From an uncultured delta proteobacterium (GTDB taxonomy: Bacteria; Desulfobacterota; Binatia; UBA9968), in NCBI GenBank assembly GCA_963755715.1, contig CAVWLW010000033.1, forward strand, positions 256,001-320,000: a stretch of DNA of 64,000 nucleotides, written 5' to 3'. Positions within the stretch are counted from its first letter, which is position 1. Each line of letters begins with the position of its first letter. The notes beneath the pieces are model-generated. The model was not told the origin of the DNA. It was given only the letters and a program-made list of their open reading frames with translations, and searched no databases. This document shows, in pieces, positions 56,875-64,000 of the stretch. A program made the position numbers and the translations under genes.

Positions 56875-58101
56875 TTAGCTTCGCAGTTCGAAATTCTTCT
56901 CTGCCATCTCACAGATTTGCTGGCCGATGGCAAGCGACGCCGTGGCGCCGGGCGATGGGGCGTTGAGGACGTGAATGCTTTTGCGACTTTGTTTGATGAC
57001 AAAATCGTCCACCAGCGCGCCGCTGGCGGATACGGCTTGCGCGCGCACGCCGGCGCCGCCGGGAACGAGGTCGCTTTCGCGGATTTCCGGCAGGAGTTTT
57101 TGCAGCGCGCGCACAAAAGCTGATTTGCTGAGCGAACGGTAGAGCTCACCGAAGCCGGTCTGCCAATATTTGCCCGTGATCGCCCAAAAACCCTTGAATG
57201 AAATCGTGCGCCACAGATCGCTGAGATTGATGTCGGTGTGGCGGTAGCCCTCGCGCGCGTAGGCGAACACGGCGTTGGGACCGGCTTCGACCCCGCCGCG
57301 AGCCATGCGCGTGAAGTGAACCCCCAAGAACGGAAAAGTCGGATCGGGCACGGGGTAGATCAAGTTTCGCACCAAGAATTGCCGCTCCGGCGCGATCTTG
57401 TAGTATTCGCCGCGGAATGGAATGATGCGGTGCTCTTCTTCGCTATTGTTACCGCCGCCCATCATCTGCGCGACGATGTCCGATTGCAGGCCGCAGCAGT
57501 TGATCAAATGTTTGGTGCGATAATCGCCGCCGGAGGTTTGCAGGACAATTTCCTCGGGACGATCGAGGATGCCCACCACCCGTTGGGACAGACGAATGTC
57601 GCCGCCCGCGTCACGAATTTTCTCGGCGTAAGCCGCGGCGACTTTTTTGTAATCGATGATGCCGGTTTCGGGAACATGGAGACCTTTGATGCCTGTGGCG
57701 TGCGGTTCGAGTTCTTTCAGCCTTTCAGGCCCGATAATTTGCAGATCTTTGAGGCCATTCGCTATCCCTCGCCGATGCAGTTCCTCTAGGCGCGGCAGCT
57801 CTTCTTCACTGGTGGCGACGACGACCTTGCCGCAGATCTCGTACGGCACGGCATTTTCATCGCAGAACGCCATCAGCTCTTTGCGGCCGGCGACGCAGGA
57901 GCGCGCTTTTAGAGATCCGGGACGGTAATAAAGTCCGGAGTGGATTACGCCGCTGTTGTTGCCGGTTTGATGGCGCGCGAGCTCGGCTTCTTTTTCCAGG
58001 ATCAACAGACGTAAACTTGGATGCGCACGGATGAGCTTCAGAGCGGTGGCGAGACCGAGGATGCCACCGCCGATGATCGTGAGGTCATACTGTGAAGCCA
58101 T
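56875..58101 (-). CDS. lhgO: L-2-hydroxyglutarate oxidase
   Basis: IIGGGILGLA, HQTGNNSGVIHSGLYY.PGSLKA, IPFRGEY, IYPVPDP.FPFLGVHFT, GVRAQA, HVLNAPSP.ATASL.IG. Confidence 0.93.
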   Translation of the reverse strand: MASQYDLTIIGGGILGLATALKLIRAHPSLRLLILEKEAELARHQTGNNSGVIHSGLYYRPGSLKARSCVAGRKELMAFCDENAVPYEICGKVVVATSEEELPRLEELHRRGIANGLKDLQIIGPERLKELEPHATGIKGLHVPETGIIDYKKVAAAYAEKIRDAGGDIRLSQRVVGILDRPEEIVLQTSGGDYRTKHLINCCGLQSDIVAQMMGGGNNSEEEHRIIPFRGEYYKIAPERQFLVRNLIYPVPDPTFPFLGVHFTRMARGGVEAGPNAVFAYAREGYRHTDINLSDLWRTISFKGFWAITGKYWQTGFGELYRSLSKSAFVRALQKLLPEIRESDLVPGGAGVRAQAVSASGALVDDFVIKQSRKSIHVLNAPSPGATASLAIGQQICEMAEKNFELRS

Positions 58102-58119
58102 GAATTCGTGAAAGTGAAT

Positions 58120-59056
58120 TTATAAATCGAGCAGTTGCCGAGAATTTCTTTCCATGAAACCTTTCACATGCTCGGGATTGGACTGCGCCAAGATGGCGTT
58201 AAAGCTTCTGTTTAGCCGATCGAGCCCGCCGCAATAGTCGGATCCGAACACCATGTTGCTGCTCGCCCATCTTGTCGATGAGAAACGACAGCGTCCGGGC
58301 ATCGGAGCTGGCGCAGTCGATAAGAAAGTGTTCGAGGAAAATTTCCGAATAACGCCGCTCGCCGTTAGGCCCTTTGTGCTTCCAGAAAAAACGGTGGAGC
58401 AAGAGCGGCAAGCCGCCGCCCGAGCTGCGTATGACAATTCTCAGGTTCGGGTAGCGATCGAACAAGCCGCTCGCGATCATGCGCAAGCAACACTCGGCGA
58501 CTTCGCCGTCCGACAGCACGGCGTACGCGACGCCTGCGCCGCCGTCTTCGAGACGGGCGAGGGTCGGATCTTGCGCGGTGCCGGCGCCGTGCATAAAGAT
58601 CGGCAAGTTGAGCTCGGAGATCTTTGCGAAGATGGGATCCATCTCGGGCGTGTCGACCAGCATCTTGCCGTCGACGTGCGGGTAGAGCAGCACGGCGCGA
58701 AAACCTTGTTTCGCCGTCCGGTCGATCTCCGCCACCGAGGCGGCGATGTTCTTGAGCGATAGCGCGGTGACGCCCAGCAAGCGGTCTTTATGGCCCTCGA
58801 GGCGCTCGGCGAGCACGTTGTTCGACATGCGCACGATGTCGAGCGCTTGATCCGGCGGCAATTGATCCGCATAGACGCCGGCCCCCTGACAAATGAGCTG
58901 CACATCGATTCCCGCTTCATCCATTTCCCTGATGCGCTTGGAAAAATCCGGCGAATCCAAGGCATCGATGTGCGGCCGCTTGCCGGTGAGATCCTTGATT
59001 CGATCGGAAATTTCGGGAGCCGTATGGTGCGAGTGCCAATCGATATTGGTTGCCAT
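58120..59056 (-). CDS. Amidohydrolase_2 (ACMSD-like) protein (C-terminal frameshift)
   Basis: IDWHSH, MDEAGIDVQL, LPIFMHG, SGLFDRYPNL; VFGSDY in the next frame. Confidence 0.85.
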
Positions 59057-59234
59057 GGTGGATCTCCTTTTATCGGATATGCACAAGTTCGGAATACTGC
59101 GGGCCTGAGAGGGAGTCAAGGGAGGATTGGCAATCGCCGGGAGCGCCATTTTCATTGGCCCATGCGGCGACCGCTCGGATCGCATGGCAGCGCTCGTGAT
59201 GATCAAAAAACGCACCCCGAGAATAGCGCGAAGC

Positions 59235-59867
59235 CTATTTTGGCGTTTCTTCTTTCGTCGCGACGAAATCGGTCTTGTTTCTGAGCCGGCTGATCAGCTC
59301 TTCGTAAGATGAGTGGGAAATAACCCGGTTGAATTGCGAACGGTAGTTGTTGACCAGGCTGATATTCTCGGCAACGACGTCGTATACCTTCCATTCATTG
59401 CTGACCAAATGAGCTTTGTAGTTAATCGAATACTCTTCGCCTTTGGCGGTCACAATTTTGCTGGCGATATCGGCATAGGTGCCGTCGACGCGCTCGCTGA
59501 CGTAGCTGATTTTTTCGTCGGTGTAGGACTCGATGATACCGGCATAGGCGCGCTCGAGCACGTCGGTAAAGAGCCGGACGAACTCGTCTTGCTCCTGGGG
59601 CGTGCGCCGGCGCCAATTGGCGCCGAGGGCGCGTCTCGCCATCTCGGTGAAATCGAAGCGCGCAAACAGAATTTGTCTCAGTTGATCACGGCGATCGTTG
59701 AGCTTGGCCGGCGGCTTAAAACGCGGGTCGCGCAAAACCGTGAGCGCTTTGTCGACGGTACCTTTAATCTGATCGGTGGGCATGCCCGCGCCGGCCTCGC
59801 CGGCGCCGAGCAGCAAAATCAAGAGCAGAAATCCGGTTTGGATAAATTGTTTACTTCTGCGCATCAT
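59235..59867 (-). CDS. mlaC: MlaC/Ttg2D phospholipid-binding protein
   Basis: FDFTEMARRALG.NW...T..EQ.EF..LF; WKVYDV..ENISLVNNYRSQF. Confidence 0.92.
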   Translation of the reverse strand: MMRRSKQFIQTGFLLLILLLGAGEAGAGMPTDQIKGTVDKALTVLRDPRFKPPAKLNDRRDQLRQILFARFDFTEMARRALGANWRRRTPQEQDEFVRLFTDVLERAYAGIIESYTDEKISYVSERVDGTYADIASKIVTAKGEEYSINYKAHLVSNEWKVYDVVAENISLVNNYRSQFNRVISHSSYEELISRLRNKTDFVATKEETPK

Positions 59868-60330
59868 CTTTCTTCTCGCCCTTCGACGTAAGATCGCCGC
59901 CGACTATTTTGCCGATCAAATCCGGTATATCCGGCGGCGACTCGGTCTCCCTGATTTTGCCGCCGGGCGGAATGATCTTGTCGGAGGCGCCGGGAGTAAT
60001 GAGAACAAACTTATCACCGATCAGGCCGCGGGCGCGCACCGAAGCAATCACGTCTTCTTGCAGTTTCACGCCCTCGTTGAGCCGCAGCGTCAGCCGCGCT
60101 CGATCGTCTTCTGATAAGCCCAACGCGTCCACCCGGCCGACCTTCACTCCGGCTATCTCCACCGGATCGCCGGCCTTTAAACCGGCTACCGAGGGAAAAT
60201 CGGCCACGATAGTATAACCGCTCGCGCCGAACACTTCCAGCTTGCCGAGCTTGATGGCGAGATAGCCCAAGCACGCGATGCCCACCAACACAAACAGGCC
60301 GACGATCATTTCTGTGCGCGTGTGATTCAC
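59851..60330 (-). CDS. mlaD: MlaD MCE-domain protein
   Basis: E..VGLFVL.G; F.SV.GLK.G.PVEIAGVKVGRV; GLIGDKFV.ITPG. Confidence 0.93.
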   Translation of the reverse strand: MNHTRTEMIVGLFVLVGIACLGYLAIKLGKLEVFGASGYTIVADFPSVAGLKAGDPVEIAGVKVGRVDALGLSEDDRARLTLRLNEGVKLQEDVIASVRARGLIGDKFVLITPGASDKIIPPGGKIRETESPPDIPDLIGKIVGGDLTSKGEKKDDAQK

Positions 60331-60343
60331 GAGTCAAGGTCTC

Positions 60344-61090
60344 CTATAGCACGGTGATCGGTCCTTCGGTTTCTACTTGCAGGAATTGCCGCACCACGGG
60401 ATTTTTCGAAGCGATAAATTCCTCTGTACTTCCGGCCGCGATAATCGCGCCGTTGGCGAGCATGGCGACCCGGTCGGAGATCCTGAATACCTCCGGGATA
60501 TCGTGGCTGACGATCGCTCCGGTAAAATTAAACTTAGCGTGCATTTTACGGATCAATTGATGAATGCTTTTTCCAAGCAGTGGGTCCAGTCCCGTGGTCG
60601 GCTCATCGAATAACATGATTTCGGGTTCGGTCACCAACGCGCGCGCCAAGCCGGCGCGTTTCTTCATGCCGCCGCTGACTTCGGCGGGAAATTTATAGCC
60701 CATGCCGTCGAGACCGACCTGCGCCAGGCTTTCGTTAACTTTTTTTTCAATTGCTGCCTCACTAAGCTTTAGATGTTCCCGCACGGGAAAGGCGACGTTG
60801 TCAAAGATCGTCATCGAATCGAGCAGCGCCGCTCCTTGAAACAGCACGCCAAACTTTCGCCGCATTTCATTGAGCTCGGTCTCGCCGAGTTTCGTGATAT
60901 CTTGTCCATCGACCAGGACGCCGCCGCGATCGGGCAGCAACAGTGCATTTAAGTGCTTCAATAAAACCGTCTTGCCCGAGCCGCTGCCGCCGATGATCGT
61001 CGTAATCTTGCCGGTTTCGAGCTCAAGGTTGACGCCTTTCAGCACCTCTTGGCGACCGAAGGTTTTGTGCAGGTCGACGACGCGAATCAT
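60344..61090 (-). CDS. mlaF: MlaF ABC ATPase
   Basis: GGSGSGKT, GVLFQGAALLDSM, SGGMKKRAGLARAL, FDEPTTGLDP, NPVVRQFL. Confidence 0.93.
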   Translation of the reverse strand: MIRVVDLHKTFGRQEVLKGVNLELETGKITTIIGGSGSGKTVLLKHLNALLLPDRGGVLVDGQDITKLGETELNEMRRKFGVLFQGAALLDSMTIFDNVAFPVREHLKLSEAAIEKKVNESLAQVGLDGMGYKFPAEVSGGMKKRAGLARALVTEPEIMLFDEPTTGLDPLLGKSIHQLIRKMHAKFNFTGAIVSHDIPEVFRISDRVAMLANGAIIAAGSTEEFIASKNPVVRQFLQVETEGPITVL

Positions 61091-61094
61091 GAAG

Positions 61095-61865
61095 TTAGAG
61101 CATGATCGATGTCATGAAATAATTCCAAACCAGGATCATGACGAAGCAAAGCACGACCGATTCGGTCGTTGCCTGACCGACTCCCGTGGCCATCGGCGGA
61201 GCGTTAAAACCTTTGTAACAGCAAATCCAGGTGATGATGAGGCCGAAACTCACCGATTTCAAAAACCCGCTCAGCACGTCTTTAAAAACCACGCTCAGCT
61301 CCATGCCGGCGAAATAGCTGCCGGAGCTGACGCCGAGCAGTTGGACACCGACGACGAAAGCCCCGTAAATCGCCACGACATCGAAGATCGCCGTCAAGAG
61401 CGGCATGGAAATCAAACCGGCCAGGATGCGCGGCGAGACGAGGTATTGGATCGGATTGATCGCCATCGAATAAAGCGCGTCGATCTGCTCGGTGACTTTC
61501 ATGCTGGCGATTTCCGCGGCCATGGCCGAGCCGGTCCGGCCCGTGACCATGAAAGCCGAGAGCACCGGGCCGAGCTCACGGAGGATGCCGAGGGCGACCG
61601 CCGAGCCGAGAAAATTTTCCGCGTTGAATTTTCTAAGACTGTAATAGCCTTGCAGACCCATGACCATGCCGGTAAAGACGCCCGACAGAATCACCACCGA
61701 GAGCGACTCCACGCCGATCGTGCGAATATGGTGAATGATCAAACGGACCCGCGACGGCGGCCGGAAAGCCCAGGCAAAGGCCGAGAGCAGGAACAAAAAG
61801 GTTCGTCCCGTGGCGGCCGTGTACTCGATCGTGTAACGGCCGATTTGACCGATCAGAGAAAACAT
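61095..61865 (-). CDS. mlaE: MlaE permease
   Basis: FTGMVMGLQ, LRELGPVL...GRTGSAMAAEI..MKVTEQIDAL..M..NP..YLV.PR, GVGQATT..VV. Confidence 0.94.
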   Translation of the reverse strand: MFSLIGQIGRYTIEYTAATGRTFLFLLSAFAWAFRPPSRVRLIIHHIRTIGVESLSVVILSGVFTGMVMGLQGYYSLRKFNAENFLGSAVALGILRELGPVLSAFMVTGRTGSAMAAEIASMKVTEQIDALYSMAINPIQYLVSPRILAGLISMPLLTAIFDVVAIYGAFVVGVQLLGVSSGSYFAGMELSVVFKDVLSGFLKSVSFGLIITWICCYKGFNAPPMATGVGQATTESVVLCFVMILVWNYFMTSIML

Positions 61866-61976
61866 AATTTGTGTTGGAATAGTCTATACTACCAGACCCA
61901 GGCTATTACAGAATAGTCAGCGCTTTTTCAAGAATCGGCGCCTCTTGGCGCCGGCCGAGCTTATCGAGGACGTTTC

Positions 61977-62714
61977 GTGAACTCATCGAATGAAACATTG
62001 GACGCGCTTTTTAACGGGCGATTGACCCTCTATCAAAGTCGCGCCGGCTATCGGTTTTCCCTTGACGCTTTGCTCTTGGCGCACTTTGTCACGATCAAAC
62101 GGGACGATAAAATCATCGATTTGGGAACAGGAAGCGGCGTGGTCCCATTGGTTCTCGCCGATTTGTATCCGTCGATCCATGTGACCGGTGTCGAGCTCCA
62201 AGCAACGCTGCTCGAGCGCGCCCGTCGCAACGTTCAAGCTAATCGACTCGAAAGCCGAATTCAAATTATCCCCGGCGACGTACGCTGCTCTGGCAAGATG
62301 GCTAGTCCCGCCAGTTTCGATGTCGCCGTTTGCAATCCACCCTATCGCAAGCCGGGCAGCGGCCGCCTCAGCGTTGACGTTGAACGTCAGGTCGCGCGCC
62401 ACGAGATGAAGGGCGGGTTGAAAGATTTTCTTGCTGCCGGGGCTTTCCTGCTGCGCGCGAAAGGTTGCATGGCACTGGTTTATCCGGCGCTGCGCTGTGT
62501 CGATCTGCTAGCCGCGATGCGTGCAGCCGGACTCGAGCCTAAGCGATTGCGCATGGTTCACTCATTCGCTCCGGCACGAGCCTCGTTGGTTTTGGCGGAA
62601 GGGGTCAAAGGCGGTCGCAGCGGCCTGGAGGTGTTGGCGCCGCTGGCCATTTATCGGCGCGGCAAAGATTATACCGACGAAGTCGCCGCAATGATTGCCG
62701 GCGCGCGCGGATGA
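61977..62714 (+). CDS. trmN6: tRNA1(Val) A37 N6-methyltransferase (TrmN6/YfiC-like)
   Basis: Q...GYRFSLDALLL, DLGTGSG, CNPPY, ARHE, LEPKRLRMVH. Confidence 0.85.
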   Translation: MNSSNETLDALFNGRLTLYQSRAGYRFSLDALLLAHFVTIKRDDKIIDLGTGSGVVPLVLADLYPSIHVTGVELQATLLERARRNVQANRLESRIQIIPGDVRCSGKMASPASFDVAVCNPPYRKPGSGRLSVDVERQVARHEMKGGLKDFLAAGAFLLRAKGCMALVYPALRCVDLLAAMRAAGLEPKRLRMVHSFAPARASLVLAEGVKGGRSGLEVLAPLAIYRRGKDYTDEVAAMIAGARG

Positions 62715-62755
62715 CGACTGGTTTCTATCGTTAGAGCACTCACTGATCCCAGACG

Positions 62756-63230
62756 CTAAATTTTTGGCTGGCGCCGCGCGTAGCTTTTTAGGAGCTTCTT
62801 AAACGCGGCGCGAATCTCGGGGTCTTCGATGGACTGCAAAAATTCCTCATTGACCGGATGATCAAAATTTTCTTCCGCTTCGCATGACTCGGGGGAATTG
62901 GCCGCGTCTCGACTCCGCTTCGTCAATCCGCCCCACCATGAAGAAAATATTTTTGACGATCTCGCCGTTGAGGCGCTGATTTAGCTTGCCGGCGATCATC
63001 TCTTTCATGAATTGCAGCTCTTGCATCCACACGGGGCTCGACACCTTTACGAACAAAGTGCCGTTACGAATCTTTTCAGGCTGGGCATTGCGCGCGATCA
63101 TCTTGCCGACAACCTCGCGCCAAATCGGCCAGACGCCGTACTCATCTAAGCGCGGCGCCAGGTCGAAACGCTTCAACGATTGCTCAAGCACGGCGCCGAT
63201 GCTTTCTATTTGTGGGGTCTTTTTGGTCAT
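62756..63230 (-). CDS. dciA: DUF721/DciA helicase-loader-like protein (C-terminal frameshift)
   Basis: W.EVVG..IARNAQP..IRNG.L.V.VSS.VWMQELQFMK..I..KLN; tail IEDPEIRAAF in another frame. Confidence 0.8.
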
Positions 63231-63388
63231 TTTTCCGCCCAAAAAACGTTAACAGAAGTGAACGAGCGACACCAGGGCGCTAACCAGACTTCCCGTGAAG
63301 TTCCAGAAGTCGCCAAAGCCGGCGAAAAAACACGATAAATTCCGACCATGAAAATTATCATTGACAAAACTTGGATTTATTTTTACAA

Positions 63389-63435
63389 CTACAAAATCTA
63401 GTGCATTTCTAAATTGACCACACAACATATTGGGG
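63389..63435 (+). promoter_or_regulatory. Tandem NrdR boxes
   Basis: CTACAAAATCTAGTGC (63389) and ACACAACATATTGGGG (63420) fit acaCwAtATaTwGtg, 31 bp apart; TTGACA at 63361. Confidence 0.8.
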
Positions 63436-63464
63436 AATTTAAAGCGGAAGGGAGAACGCGAACG

Positions 63465-64000
63465 ATGGCTACGGGGACTTCTCAGGCGGCCGAAACGGGC
63501 GTCTCGAAAGGGACGGCGGCGAAGGCAAAAACCGGATTGAAAATAACGCGCTATTTTAGCCGGGCTGGGGTAAGCCCGTACGACGAAATTGACTGGGAGC
63601 TGCGCACCGCTTCGATTATCAATGAAAAGGGCAAGGTCGTCTTCGAGCAAGCCAATGTCGAGATTCCCAAAGCCTGGTCGCTGATGGCGACGCAAGTGGT
63701 GGTTTCGAAATATTTTCGCGGCCCGTTGGGCACACCCCAAAGAGAGCATAGCGTACGCCAGATGATCGGCCGCGTCGTGGAAACAATCGCCGGCTGGGGT
63801 AAAAAAGACGGTTATTTTGCCACGGACGAAGATGCGCGCACTTTCGCCGACGAACTCACGCACATTCTGTTGCATCAAAAGGCCTGCTTTAACAGCCCAG
63901 TCTGGTTTAACTGCGGCATCGAAGAGAAGCCCCAGTGCTCCGCTTGCTTCATCCTTGCCGTCGAAGACACGATGGACTCGATCCTCGACTGGTACCGCAA
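63465..64000 (+). CDS. nrdJ: Vitamin B12-dependent (class II) ribonucleotide reductase, runs off the window
   Basis: Open frame absent from the ORF track: RYFS..G.SPYDEI.WE.R.A.I....G.VVFEQ..VE.P..WS..ATQVV.SKYFRG; FNSPVWFN; PQCSACFI. Confidence 0.93.
   Translation, partial: MATGTSQAAETGVSKGTAAKAKTGLKITRYFSRAGVSPYDEIDWELRTASIINEKGKVVFEQANVEIPKAWSLMATQVVVSKYFRGPLGTPQREHSVRQMIGRVVETIAGWGKKDGYFATDEDARTFADELTHILLHQKACFNSPVWFNCGIEEKPQCSACFILAVEDTMDSILDWYR

Noticed and set aside
1-63230. Widespread pseudogenisation or programmed frameshifting (fxsA, cupin, ggt, SBP 9031, PDO, MAPEG, MetE-like, SGNH, OmpA, amidohydrolase 58120, dciA)
   Set aside because: The lesions are isolated 1-nt indels, several in or near homopolymers, in otherwise intact genes including probably important ones. 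Long-read consensus error is the simplest explanation; short-read polishing would decide.
63249-63878. 209-aa minus-strand ORF and other long antisense ORFs (e.g. 1910..3097, 4843..5802, 36507..37445, 60870..61916)
   Set aside because: They are shadows of well-supported genes on the opposite strand in GC-rich DNA and carry no motifs.

Overview
GC-rich bacterial chromosome segment. A Candidatus Binatia/Deltaproteobacteria-like origin is inferred from gene content and intergenic repeat style and is not proven. Housekeeping-like genes lie at the ends: fxsA on the left; LLM, formyltransferase-like, gamma-CA, lhgO, mlaEFDC, trmN6, dciA and nrdJ with NrdR boxes on the right. Between them is a ~52 kb accessory mosaic. 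The window carries 10 orphan solute-binding proteins, 4 amidohydrolases, 3 MetE-like Zn enzymes, Rieske/Gfo oxidoreductases, a fused ABC exporter and an OpgC-SGNH cluster. Many genes have single-base frameshifts, most likely long-read assembly errors. Three things stand out. (1) At least ten sets of diverged direct repeats, mostly copied from the 5' or 3' ends of neighbouring genes, bracket inserted genes although no integrase is present; the LLM 3' end occurs three times. (2) A REP-associated Y1 (RAYT-like) transposase survives only as 5' and 3' stubs attached to ~30-bp hairpin-containing inverted ends that enclose 12-19 kb of cargo. (3) There is an orphan GH19 peptidoglycan hydrolase plus XAC2610-like lipoprotein (toxin-immunity-like) pair. 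No tRNA, rRNA or CRISPR array was recognised.
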